Of a DNA stretch of 64,000 bases, positions 21,571-34,127 are shown in pieces. The position numbers were made by a program, and so were the translations under genes. The stretch is from Coniocarpon cinnabarinum (Eukaryota): positions 1 through 64,000 of the forward strand of contig JAVECO010000016.1 of assembly GCA_051942205.1 (NCBI GenBank), in the 5' to 3' direction. The first letter of the stretch is position 1. Every line of letters begins with the position of its first letter. The notes beneath the pieces were generated by a model, which made no database searches, was not told where the DNA came from, and was given only the letters and a program-made list of their open reading frames with translations.

Positions 21571-22991
21571 CTACGCTTCATCGCTTCTTCCAACATCGTC
21601 CCCGATCGCATCACTTGATGAGACCGGCTCCGTCTGTTGCCTCTGCTCCCTTTGCGTCACGGTCACGTCTCGAGCCGTCAGAAATCGCTCGTCCACCAGT
21701 CCTTCGGCTGCTACGTTCATCTCCTCCTCGACGAAGCCATATTCATCATCCGAGCCCCGTTCTGCATCCCTCTCTGAATCTCGCCCCAATTCCCTCTCCA
21801 TCTCCTCTCTTCTCCTTTTCGACGGCACCCGCGCCGCTGTCTCTTCCTCTGGATATCGCGTTGCGATCCTAAAGTCCGTGAGCTCTTTGAGTCCTGCATC
21901 AGTGATATCAAAGGGGACGAGTGCATCTGTGCGTTGCAATGAGAGATTGGTGCCGTTTGCTCTCAGCACGCGCGCGAATCTCGCGGGATGCGGTCGTTGC
22001 CTTTGAGGAGGTTCGTCTTCAGTAGAGCTGGGGAGGCCCCATTCCCGAAATAACACGATACGTGAATGCAATGCACCCTCCCATTCACTCGTGCTGATTG
22101 CCGGTTTGAGCAATGCACTCAGCGGCACTGCCCGTATTTGAGTGACCACGTGATTCGTGACGATGACACTCAGGTTCTGGAGAGCCGCGAGACGTGTGAG
22201 ACCGCGCGCGATGTCTCCGATGACGTTGCGTCTCCGGTCAGAAGAGGGTTTGGTGTCCTTGCGCCGGGCGCTGCGGGGGTAGGACGCATCTATTAGAGTC
22301 CCAAGGGAGTCAATCACCAGTAAAGACGTGGATGGTGGTGGGAAGTGAGATGGGGGATGGAGTATGAGAGCTATGAAGTGAGCGAGTGTTGGTGTCGTAT
22401 AATGATGAAGTTTCGTCAGTTGATCCAAAGAGTTTGAAGACGTTTCCGTTGTGGCTTCGGGGCTGGTTGGTGCTTCATCTGACGACAGGAAAGATTGAAG
22501 CCGTGGGATAGGGAGTGTATTTCTGCAGTCTGCAGGTGTGAGTTCGGCTGTGAGTGATGAGCAGAGTGGTTGCAAGTGACATACCTATCCAAATGACAGA
22601 ATCATCTCGTCGAAGTACAGATGCCGCTGCGGACATACTGTCATAATCAATAAACTGAACGCATGATAATGAGCACGTGACTTACCAAAGCGCAGTCTTG
22701 CCCGCACCCGGTGGACCATAAATCTCACAAACTCTGCCACGTTGAACACCGCCATTGTCGCCCTCGGCGTCAATAGGAGAGTCACCAGAGATGAGCTGGT
22801 CAAGGCTTCTCAGCCTGAACTTAGGATTTGGTGCGCCTGCCGAGGTTGAGGTCTGCTGCAGAGCCTGAGACGCCGAAAGTGTGGGCAGTCGGTCTGTGTG
22901 TTGTTAGCATCTTCGGGCAAACGAGGGATATGGTAGACTTACGTGAAGACACCGCATTCCTGGTTGCGGTCTCATTTTGGCCATTCGACAT
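21571..22991 (-). CDS. RAD55: Rad51 paralog, Rad55/Rhp55-like DNA repair protein (4 exons)
   Basis: Manual splicing gives ...HRLPTLSASQAL...GVQRGRVCEIYGPPGAGKTAL (Walker A)...VIWID...LLVIDSL (Walker B)...LAALQNLSVIVTNHV. Confidence 0.8.
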
Positions 22992-23292
22992 AGAATCTTG
23001 ACGCGTTGATGGGATCAAGCGGCTGTATTGTTCATTGGATCCGCGGGGCGTGCTCCATCTTGAAAAGCACTTTTACTTCATGGCTAGTATCTTTTTTACT
23101 TGTGCAAGAATGCGAATAGGAAGCGAAAAGCTTGGATATGATAGAGATGCAGTCGATGTTTGATAGCACACGCGTCAGGAACGAGTGGAAGTCGCGTTGA
23201 GGCGCCAAGCCTCGAATTACTCGGGGATCATCAGTCTTCGGGATTAAATTGCATACTCGATCAGTGTGGTCCAGAAACTCGGATATGCGATC

Positions 23293-24099
23293 ATGGAGGG
23301 CATAGCAGCGGCAAAAAGCGCGTTGAGAAAACAAATAACACAAAAATTAAAGACCTTATCATCCGAAGCAGTAACATCACAATCGCAGAATGCAGTGAGA
23401 ACCATTCTCCAAATGGAACGCTATCAGAAAGCAAAACGAATCAGCATCTACCTGTCAATGCCCGACACAGAGATCCAGACGCAAGATCTAGTGATGAATG
23501 CCTTTGCTGCGGATATGAAAGTATTCGTACCTTATATCGAGAAAGGCAATCCCGATATGCGAATGTTCGGCTTGTGGCATTCAAGAGACTTTGAATCGCT
23601 ACAACGAGATCGATGGGGCATTCCGTCTCTTAATAATGATTCGCTTTCCCAGCGAGAGTCGGGTGACGGGGATCTTGACATCGTCTTCATGCCGGCTATG
23701 GCTTTTCAGGCGGATAGTCTGGATCGTTTGGGCCATGGGAAGGGGTACTATGACCGTTTCATTTCTTCGTACCTGACTGAGAACGAGGGTCAGAGACCTT
23801 TCCTCGGTACGCAATTCCAAGCAGTTTCTGTTCGTTCGTATAATCTTCATCGATCGTTCCACTTCAAATTGCTTCTCCTGAAACAGACCACCTCGCCCTT
23901 TCAAAATTGCTAGATCGTATTCAACCTCTGACAAACCAAGCTATTTATTTTTTGGGCTGACCCCATCATAGTTGGTCTGGCTCTTGAAGAGCAAATGATT
24001 GCATCGCCCAACCACATTCCTACGACTTCACAGGACTATCGGCCAGATCTTGTCGTCACTGGCTCAGGGCAGGTCTTGACGCGGAGTAGCAATGGCTGA
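23293..24099 (+). CDS. FAU1: 5-formyltetrahydrofolate cyclo-ligase (2 exons)
   Basis: AKSALRK, IYLSMPDTEIQT, DRWGIP, LDIVFMPAMAF and RLGHGKGYYDRF. Intron 23807-23971 leads to VGLALEEQM...D..PDLVVT. Confidence 0.92.
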
Positions 24100-24234
24100 T
24101 GCTTGCGTAAAGCTAGGACGACAGAGCCGAAACTTTCACCCCGCACTCGAGTACGAAGTTTTCATGCCCCTGCGTCTTCGTGACGGGGCCCAAACATATC
24201 CAAATTGAGTTTGTGCACTGACACCGATCGCCGT

Positions 24235-24621
24235 TCAATCCTTCTTCTCTTGGATGAGGGAGACGTTGTCGCCTTTGAGCAGAATGCGGCCTGACGACCT
24301 GTCAGCAGTGAATGCTTGATCAGATATTGTAGAATACGGACCTAGACTGCGACGCGGCGTTTCGTCTTCCTTGGGATTTACCTTCACTTCCACAGCGTTC
24401 TCCACAACCAGATTCATGAACTCATCGAAACCCTAGTAAGCTAGGCGTCAGTCCACACAGTGCAGCTTCGTTTGGAGCACCTGACGAACCCTCAGTTTGC
24501 CCTCTACGCGAATTGCTAGCTGCTCAAATAACCAAATTTGTACAGTTGCTTGCGACTGTAGTAATTTGAATATAAAATTGATTGGCGGAAGTAGCACTTT
24601 CTTGTTTCCGTGTCCTGACAT
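24235..24621 (-). CDS. SME1: Small nuclear ribonucleoprotein Sm E (3 exons)
   Basis: Spliced product MSGHGNKKVLLPPINFIFKLLQ...QIWLFEQLAIRVEGKLRGFDEFMNLVVENAVEV...LGRILLKGDNVSLIQ. Confidence 0.95.
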
Positions 24622-25021
24622 TTTCAGTCGTTTGGCGGGGTGAAGTGGTTGTGTTTCGGGGCAGAGAGAACGGTAGTGGCGACACTAGAATTTTATAGCA
24701 CGCAATTTGATTGATCTAAGCGAGTACGTGTTTGAAATGCGCCCGTCGCGGCTGCTGGATTGTGTATGTTGATCGCGAATTGACCAAGCTCTGCAAGTGC
24801 TGGTGACAGGCGCAAGTTGATATGCAGCCTCGGCAGGGTCAAGGAGTGGCTCGCGAGACGGCTCTTCTCATTTAGCACCTCGCTCTGCATCCGATATCTT
24901 CACAACTTCACTCTCACTCATATCGACTTCACATTCCTTTCCGTTACATTGCTCGTCATCGGGCTTTCTTTTCGCTGTGGTTTATTCATGATCACTATAT
25001 GCTAATTCGTCAAAAGACGCC

Positions 25022-28000
25022 ATGACCGCCAATGGGCACCCGCAGTCCGCATTTGCGCCGGTGCTCTCTGCACTTTCAACTTTACAGTCCAACCTAGACC
25101 GCTCTCAGAAGAAGAGCGCTCATGAGTACCTAGAGACGTTCCAGAAATCTGTACGCGAATGCTAGCTTTCAGGGGCGTTGTGCTTGACTGACGTTTATCA
25201 GCCCGAAGCATGGTCCGCAACTTATAGCATCTTGCAATCCGCGGATGCCACTACAGACGTCAAGCTCTTTGCGGCGACGACACTCAAGGGCAAGGTGAGC
25301 CTTCTGTGAAGCAGTGCGAAGCTCTGGTTGCTGACACGTCTAGATCACCTATGACCTTCATCAAGTCCCTCGAGACACACTTTCCCCCCTCCGTGATACT
25401 CTACTACAACTCCTCTCAATACCCCAGTCAAAGCCCATTCGGACACAGCTATGTGTTTGCCTCGCTCTTCTCGCCATACAAATGCTAGAATGGAAGAACC
25501 CCCTCGAGAATGTGGTTCAAATGCTCGGTTCGAATCAGCAGAATTATCCCGCCATGCTCGAATTTCTGCACGTCCTTCCCGAGGAGGTCAATGAGGGGCG
25601 CAAAATCAACTTGACAGTATGTTCGGCCGCCGCCTGAATGCTCAGCCTTGCGACGTTCATATATCCATTTCCAGAGGTAGTTTCAGACTCGTTGACTTGT
25701 TCCCAGGAAGATGAGCTGAGTGAAAGAACAGTGGAGCTTCTCTCCGACAATGCCCAAATCGTTCTGCAGCTGCTCACACAATACGCACAAAGTTCTCGTG
25801 AGTCCACCCGTGACGATTGAGTTACCGTAACGCTAATGAAGGCCAGCCTCTGCCGCGAAAGACCCACAGCTGATGGAGTGCATCTCCTCTTGGATCCGCG
25901 AGATTGATATGACCGGAGTCGTGAATACTATTCTGCTCGATGTGGTCCTCGATGCGCTCAACTCTGAAGACTCTTTCGACTCCGCTGCTGAGTGTATTAG
26001 TGCATTACTCAGGGAGACGAGAGACGTTGACGAGTGCAAAGACACCATAGAGAAGCTTTACCCCCGCATTATGGCAATCAAGCCCAAGATCATGCAAGCA
26101 GCTGAGTCAGAGGACACTGAGCAATACAAAGGCGTCACGAGGATCTTTGCAGAAGCTGGCGAGACGTGGATGCTCCTCATCGTGAGGATGCCTGGACAGT
26201 TTCGATCTCTGGTTGAGGCCATCCTGGAATGTGCGGCACGTGATAAAGATCGCGAGGTCGTCTCGCTGACATTCAACTTCTGGTTCGAGATGAAACAGTA
26301 TCTGGTTCTGGACAAATACATGGAATCACGTGCACAGCTCGCCGATCTCTTCTCGAAGTTGGTGGATATTATGATCCAGCATCTCGAGTACCCTCACCCC
26401 GCAGATAGCAACCAGAAAGATCTTTTCGACGGCGACCGAGAACAAGAAGACAAGTTTCGAGAGTTTCGACATCTGATGGGCGATGTGCTCAAAGATTGTT
26501 GTGAAGTTCTCGGAGCGTCCGCGTGTCTGAGGAAGCCCTACGAGCTTATCGAGCGATGGGTGTCCTCGCATAGTGCACAGGTTCAGCAAGGTTTTGTTCC
26601 AGACTGGCAAGCTCTGGAGGCGCCCTTGTTCAGTATGAGGGCCATGGGTCGCATGGTGGAACCAGAGGAGGCGATCATGCTTCCTCGACTGATTCCATTG
26701 ATCACGCAGATTCCAGATCAAGAAAAAGTTCGATTCCAAGCTGTCATGGTCCTCGGACGATACACAGAGTGGACAGCCCAACATCCGGAGACACTACAGG
26801 ATCAACTTCAATTCATCCTCGCAGCGTTTGACCACCCATCGAAAGATGTGGTGCAGGCGGCTGCTTTATCACTGCAGTGGTTCTGTTTTGACTGTGCAGA
26901 GCTCTTGCGCGATCATGTCTCCCAACTACAACAATTCTACGAGCGAGTCATCCACCGCTTGAGTGTTGGTAGTCAACAGGAAGTAACAGAAGGCGTTGCA
27001 GCCGTTGTGGCAGTCCAGCCACTGTCATCAATTCACCAGCAATTTCAATTGTGTTGCGATCCTGTCGTGGATCGCCTTAAGCAAATGGCGCAAAGCGCGA
27101 GCACCGAGGAACAGAAACTGGCTCTGGCGGATCACATCAAGCTTGTGTCCATCTTCGTGAGAACCATCCAACCCTACGTTGAGAAAGGCACACAGAATCC
27201 AGCCGTCACCTATTGCGAGGAGATTTTCCCAGTACTTGCTCGATTGATCGAAATCTACGTCGATTTCCCGCCTATCCTCGAGCGCGTGTGCCACTGCTTG
27301 CGGCAGATGGTGCTTTCTTACCGCAGCGATGTTCGTCCGTTGCTTGGCCCACTTGCCGAAACGCTTGGTGGTGGCTTTGAGGCGTCTAAACAGGGCTGCT
27401 TCTTGTGGGCGACCGACGCCATCATTCAGGAATTCTCCCACGGTGCTACGCGGGTCGACGAGTCCACTGCAGGCGCCATTTTCGAGTTCGCCGAGCGCCA
27501 GATCAGGACATTCCTCAACATCCTCACTACACTGACCCCTGACGAGCTGCCCGACATGATCGAGGACTTCTTCCGCATGGCCTCGGATCTTGTGCTCTTC
27601 TTCCCACAGAGGATGTTATCCTCACATCTCCTCAAGGATGTGCTGCGTGCTTCCAACGCAGCAATGACGATTCTCAAAGAGGAACCGTTGCGAGCGACGC
27701 TATATTTCCTGCGGGACTTCCTCGCCAATGGCAGCCAAGAGTCTCCTACCTCTTCGGATGGCCGAAGCTATACTAATCCGCCAGAAATGCAGGATGCTGT
27801 CAAGCAACTGATGATGTCCGAGTGTGAGCCGACATTGCAGCAAGTCATGACCGGAATGCTCTACAATTTCCCACAAGGTTGCTTCTCCGACGCATCTGGT
27901 GTCGTTCTCGCAATGTTCCATCTCGAGCCCGAAACGGTCTTCGAGTGGATGAAGACCACGCTCACGCTCTTGCCGCAGGGATCCATCACGCCTCAAGAGC

Positions 28001-28164
28001 GGGACAGTTTGCTTGGGAACATCTCGAGCAAGATTGTGGGTGGAGAGACCCATAAGGTGAGGAATGTTCTTCAGGACTTCGCGACGTCGTATAGGCGGAG
28101 AAACGTGATGCCCCGGGAGGGACTGGGACGACTTGAAGCCACGAAATTCAAGTTCTCGGGGTGA
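25022..28164 (+). CDS. MTR10: Importin-beta family karyopherin Mtr10/transportin-SR (5 exons)
   Basis: Spliced N-terminus AHEYLETFQKS|PEAW...KLFAATTLKGK|ITYDL...IRTQLCVCLA...LEFLHVLPEEV; later FREFRHLMGDVLKDCC and C-terminal QDFATSYRRRNV. Confidence 0.92.
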
Positions 28165-28910
28165 CTGGAGGTCTGATGATGGTGAGCATCGACTGTGATG
28201 CACGGAGGTCATGAACGCGTGAGCATGCATTAGAAAATATGATACCAATTTGATTGCCACTGGCAGCGGCAGTGCAGTCTGTAGCTGGATGGACGTACTG
28301 CTGAGCTGCTAAGTCGCTCCCATGCACATGTTCCCTCACACCAAGGTCCCTCTTCTTTAATGGTGCTCAGTCTGGGGTTGGACTTAGTAGTCAAGACGAC
28401 GAATTGCTCCATGCAGCTGCAGTAGAGCCCCGGGATCGCACAGTAACTTGCCCTCAACCATAGCAGTATTTTAGAATTGGTTCGTCCCCTCTTGAACAGC
28501 CGAGCCACGCTGGTATTCCGTGGTGCGTCGTTGCTGCAGCTGTAGTAAAGCCCCGCGAGTGAATAGCAACTCGACTGCGGGCATATGCGTGCGTTGACCG
28601 CCTCAGACGTAACCCATGCTTCTTCAGTCCCTCTGCCTCTTACTGACTGCCCGAATGTTGCTCATCTCGTGTATTCCATGTTCAGCCCGTCAACCCCCCT
28701 CTCAGACTGCCATCCTCCTCATATCCTGCCATTCTTCAACTCACGCCGTCGTGGAACCGCCTGCCACGTTGCCGTGCGCTGTTATCGCGCCATGTCGCGC
28801 TTCTTCTGGCTGGGCGTCGCGCTCATTGAGCATCTCTTGTACTTCGAATAATCCTCACATCCTCATTTGTGATAGAGAGCAATGTCCTTCGTAGGTCTCG
28901 CATTAGTCGC

Positions 28911-29177
28911 TCAGCCCTCCTTCTTCTCCTCTTCGTCCGTGCCCTTTTGCTCCATCCTCTGCGCGTTTGCAACCTCAGGGTTGTGATCTCGTATACGGAT
29001 CCGAGGTTTCCAGCTCTTGACTTCTTCGCGATCCTGTTCGGTTGCTTCCAACCCTAGTGACGGTGCAACCGCGTCGGTGGTGTACATGGCTGTTGTTGCG
29101 TAGGTTATTGTCCCTAACCCGATTAGGATTCGGGTTCGGGGGGTGAGATTTGTGAAGGACTGGAGGAGGGAGGGCAT
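28911..29177 (-). CDS. Small conserved fungal membrane protein (88 aa), possibly mitochondrial
   Basis: MPSLLQSFTNLTPRTRILIGLGTITYATTAMYTTDAVAPSLGLEATEQDREE: amphipathic N-terminus, one TM segment and a charged tail. Confidence 0.65.
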   Translation of the reverse strand: MPSLLQSFTNLTPRTRILIGLGTITYATTAMYTTDAVAPSLGLEATEQDREEVKSWKPRIRIRDHNPEVANAQRMEQKGTDEEEKKEG

Positions 29178-29479
29178 TTCTTTCTTTTTTCTTGATTTGT
29201 AGTCTGGGTGTCCGCGAATGGTGAGGATCGCTGTGGGTTGCGACGGGACGAGAGTTGGAGGATTGTGACTGCGGTCGCGGTTTCGAGGTCGGAATCGGGG
29301 AACGATCTGGGGGGAAGATATGAGGATGGGAGCACAGTTGAAGATGCAAGACGTCTTAGGGTTCGGCAAATGGCTTTTACAGTGAATTGTCATAGGTGCA
29401 CATCGAGCTATACAGCATAACCACAACGACATTCCCAACTCCACTGTCCTCGAGTCCCGGACCATAATCCACACCAATC

Positions 29480-30677
29480 CTACAATCTCGCATAACTCGC
29501 CCCCCGCTTCAACCACTGCACGGCCTCCCCCACCATCTCATCCACAATCCCTCTCGCAGATTTCCTCTCATTCACAACCGCACTGGCCTTCCCCATGAGA
29601 AACGGTCTCGCATTATCCATCGTGTCATCATCCACATCATCCCCCATCTGCTCGATATCATGCTCCACTGGGATCTTCCCTCGGCCCGTTAGTTCTTTAA
29701 TCTCATTCTGTCGGTTGTCCTCCCAGTTCGTGATGTAAGGGTTATTCCGCACCCGCAGCGGTCGACCCGTAAAAATGACGGTGCGCACGTTGTCGTCGAA
29801 GCTCGCGGTGCGGACCGCTTCTTGGTGCGCTTTTGGCGCGCCCGCTTCCTCTGACAGGACGAATCGGGTGCCCACCCACACGCCCGATGCGCCCAACGTT
29901 AGAGCACTGGCGAGTCCTTGACCGTTGAATATACCGCCCGCTGCAATGACCTGCACTGGATGACCGAGGGGGCTCTTCTTCCCTTCACACATCTTGGCGA
30001 CTGTAGGAATGAGGATGGATGTCGGGACGTCGCCCGTGTGACCGCCGCCTTCGCCGCCTTGGGCGCAGATGAGATCGGCGCCCACGTCTAGGCATTTGGA
30101 CACGTGCTTGGGGTGGCCGATCATGTTCATGTAGAGGATGTTGTGTTGGTGCAGTTTATCGACGATGGCCTTGGGCGGGACGCCGACCGCGGAGACGAAG
30201 AGTCGGGCGTTGGATTCGATGATGATGTCGACGAGTTCGTTGAGTTTGCCCTTGGTGTAATCGTAGCTATGACACGTCAGTCATGAAACGTCTCTTTCCA
30301 ATCCGCAGCGGATTCTTCGATGCGGAATGTGCGAGAGGTGCACAGAGGACGTACTTCGTCTTCCGCGCACCGCCGCCCACTTGCGGCAGCAACAGGTCCA
30401 CACCAAATGGAGCGTTCTTGTCGTCCAAAAAGCCCTTGAGTTCGGCAATCTGCTCGCGCAGCATGTCCGGTGTGTAGCCCACGCCGCCAATGACACCGAG
30501 GCCGCCCGCGTTGGTGACGGCGGCAGCAAGCTTGGGACCGGCTGCTACGTTCATGCCGGCGAGCATGACGGGGTGGTTGATCTTGAGCAGATCGGTCGTC
30601 ACGGTTCTGAGCTGTTCTGCGTGGAGATTAGCAAGTGGGTTTGTATCGTGAGCAGAGAACGTACGTGGTGAAGCCAT
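29480..30677 (-). CDS. 2-nitropropane dioxygenase / nitronate monooxygenase family flavoprotein (3 exons)
   Basis: HPVMLAGMNVAAGPKLAAAVTNAGGLGVIGG, ICAQGGEGGGHTG, VIAAGGI and GASGVWVGTRF. Confidence 0.93.
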
Positions 30678-31064
30678 GGCTGCGGCTTGTGAAGTTGCGA
30701 AGTGTTTCTGAGGAGGAATTTTGCAGCGGTAGGGGAATCACTTAAATTATTTGATTATCAGACGAGGAAGAGTAGAAGAGAGAGAACAAGAAAGGAGTGT
30801 TACGCTGTGAATTTGGTCCATTCGGTCATGCATACGATTCTCCTCCAAACAGCCGAGACCTGATGACTTTACCGAGGCCCACGGTCGGACCTGGATGCTG
30901 TTTAAAATTGTGAGCTATACACGCGGCATCTCGTCCTGTCGAGGTGAGTCACGATGCCACAGAGCGCACCATTCACGTGCGTCTATTCAAACGTCTAACG
31001 AAGTTGACCTAACAACAATCTGAGTTTGGGCAGTATATGTGGGGTTTGCAACTGGGAAAAGCGA

Positions 31065-32799
31065 ATGTACCTCTTGCAGCGCAACGCGTGGATCTCGCAT
31101 GGACAATCATCAATCTCACGCAAAGCCACTCGCGCCTTGATCAGAAGATGCTGCTCGTTTAGTCATCACGTTCGGCCTTCCCAGGCCAATCGTGTCACGA
31201 GACAATTTATTGCAAAGCCTGGCACAGCGCCACCGGACAGAAGCAGTGAGCCCTTTCATCAATGCAGTAGACCTGTTGCCACGGAAGCATCCAGACGAGG
31301 GTGCAAGGCGTTCATTGCACTAGGGTCCAACGTGGGTGACAGATTGAATCTGGTTGAAGCTGCCTGTCGCTTGCTCGAAGCCCATGAAGATGTCCGTCTC
31401 GTACGCACAAGTGGATTGTGGGAGACGAAGGCGATGTATGTGACGAATCAAGGAGACTTCATCAATGGTGTTTGTGAGGTACATGACCGCTCATGTTTGT
31501 ACTGTCAGCCCCGTCATCGTCGGCGCTGACAAGGAAATATAGATAGAAACAACTCTAGAACCAATACCTTTGCTTGATCGATTGCAGTCAATCGAGAATC
31601 AACTGAAACGTCATAAGACCATTGACAAAGGTCCGAGGACCATCGACTTGGACATCTTGCTCTATCAAGACCAGATCATCAACGAGCCTCGCTTGCAAGT
31701 GCCGCATAAGTTGATGCTCGAACGCCCTTTTGTGCTGCAGCCACTGTGCGAGTACGTCGTGCGGTTACTTGTAGAGGCAACCGAGTCGCTTACCTTGCGC
31801 AGACTTATACCGTCGTCTAAACACCCGTCCCTACCTGAGCCTTCAATCACCTATCAGAGGCAGCTGCAGTCTCTTGCCAAGTCGAGTCTCTCACCCACGA
31901 CAATCACGCCACTGGCAGCAGATATGCCGCCGATCACGGCATTGCTGCAAAGCCGGCGAACGCAGGTCATGTCGATCCTCAATCTCACCCCAGATTCCTT
32001 TTCAGACGGCGGCATCCATTCAACCTCCGACATGGCTGCGCTAGAAACTACAATCCAGGCGCATATCGACGCCGGCGCGACTATCATTGACGTTGGCGGA
32101 CAGTCCACTCGTCCCAAAGCTGCAGATGTTGGTGAAGACGAAGAGAGTCGTCGAGTCGTCCCTGCCATTCGCAAGATACGCGGAATGATCGAACAGCAGC
32201 AGCTGCAGAGGCGGGTCGGCATCAGTATAGATACTTTCCGAGCTCCTGTCGCGCGAGCAGCCGTCGAAGCAGGAGCGGACATTGTCAACGACGTGAGCGG
32301 AGGCACGCTGGACACGGCGATGCTTGGCACCGTCGCCGAGCTGGGGTGCTCGGTCGTCCTCATGCACATGCGCGGTGACCCATCAACCATGACGAGCAAG
32401 GAGCACACCAGCTACCCTGACGGGCTGCTGGCGACGATTGGGCGAGAGCTGGGGGCACGAGTCGACGCTGCAGAAGCTGCCGGGATCCGGCGTTGGCGCA
32501 TAATGCTGGACCCTGGCATAGGGTTTGCGAAGACGGGGGAGCAGAACCTCGAGATCTTGCGAAGCTTCGACCAGCTGCGAGCGACGCCGGCGCTGAGCGG
32601 GCTACCTTGGGTGGTGGGACCGAGCCGCAAGCGCTTCCTGGGGCATATCTTGGGAGTCAGTGAAGCACGTGAGCGCGTGTGGGGCACCGCAGCAGCAGTC
32701 AGCGCGGCCGTCTACGGTGGTGCTGACGTGATTCGGGTGCATGATGTCCAGGAAATGGCGCAGACGGCCAAGGTCGCTGATGCCATCTGGCGGTCGTGA
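31065..32799 (+). CDS. FOL1: Folate synthesis protein, HPPK-DHPS fusion (3 exons)
   Basis: HPPK motifs FIALGSNVGDR and GPRTIDLDILLY; DHPS motifs ILNLTPDSFSDGG, DVGGQSTRP, DPGIGFAK and GPSRKRF. Introns at about 31479-31542 and 31752-31802. No DHNA domain seen. Confidence 0.93.
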
Positions 32800-34127
32800 G
32801 CTCGTCAGGGAGTATGTATACCAAGCGGTCGTCGATGGCGAGAGCGGAGGGCAACATCAGCGGAGGGCAATACAGTCGCCGCATAAACGCTTAAAGGCAT
32901 TCATGCGAGGCGGTGAGCAGTCGACAAGTCGCACGGCGCAGATAGATAAGGAGCTGTCGTCCGCTAACAGGAGCGCTGCAACCGAGCAGGCGGGATGTCG
33001 ACCCTGGCGCCAGTCAGAAGAGTTTGGTGGAGTGCGTGGAAGGAGGAGTGGAGGGGACAAGAGGGAGCTGTGCCAAAGTCTAAGCGGCGGCTGACTGCAG
33101 TGCATGACGCTCGCGACATCGCAGACGCGGCGGGGGTCTATGGGCGTCTGCGAGGACTGTCTGGGGTGTGGAAGGTGGTTGTGTTCAGCCTCATGGGCTG
33201 TCCGCGCTGGGCCATGGTTGAGAGTGCGATAGATGCGATTGAACGGGGCAAATGACAGTCAGATGAATGGGTCGAGAAATGGGTACTGCCATCATGCGCC
33301 GCAGTCTGGGGGTTGGAAAGTGTGGGAAGGTGCAACGGCGGTGCAGCAGGTGGGGCAGTCCAGCGCTGGTCACCGCTATGGATCTGGAGACCGGCTTCTC
33401 ATTGGCTGGACGCTCTTGTCACTCATCAGAAGACCCTGCAAATCAAGGGCGACGCCTAGTCTAGTTTCACCTCCTAGTGCTCCTCAATGCACAATCCACT
33501 CTCCCTTCACGTGCACTGCTCGATGGCAACATCTCGACGCACCTATTCTACTCTCCATCCTCTCACCGTGACTCTTCCATTGTCACCCTACGTCCCTCTC
33601 CCTATAACCTCCCTTATTACTGTTGACACTTCTCTACATACCTTGAGCTACGCAATCCAGCACCAAGTTCCCGTACAATCTACTCCCGTCCTCCGTTTGC
33701 TTATCAAGTCCTACCTCTGTTGCGTAATTTGGCCGTCACTCTTGCCACCGCTTGGCAACCCGCCCTCCAAATGTGCTCCACAAGCTCCATAGTCTTCAAG
33801 AGTTCATGAACGTCACCATACGCCCGCCCTCCGTCTGAGCGTCTTGCCTCCCCAACCCTTCCTTCGCCCCTCCGCAAAGTTCATGCAGCGACCTTGATCC
33901 TCGCCCAAGTGCTGTGTGCCCCACGAGACCACGAGTGCAACCGCTCCAGCGACGTCCACCCACGCAGCTCGCCGTCCTCGATTACTTCACGTACGACCTC
34001 GTTCGCACAGGCTGGCCGAATAAACACTACCAGCATTGGTTGGTGTTTCTGTTGCGGCTCATTGATCGTGTCCATCCTAGTGCGCAGCCATACTATGCCT
34101 TGCCAACTCTGACAGAAACGCAAAAGC

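Noticed and set aside
23807..23971. Longer introns (FAU1, LRR, TF, DRS2) as stwintrons or snoRNA hosts
   Set aside because: No nested donor reconstitution and no convincing C/D or H/ACA boxes were seen.
23293..32799. FAU1 and FOL1 as a folate gene cluster
   Set aside because: They are separated by four unrelated genes and act in different parts of folate metabolism; probably coincidental.
31065..32799. FOL1 lacking DHNA domains as a novelty
   Set aside because: Bifunctional HPPK-DHPS is, to my knowledge, common in filamentous ascomycetes.
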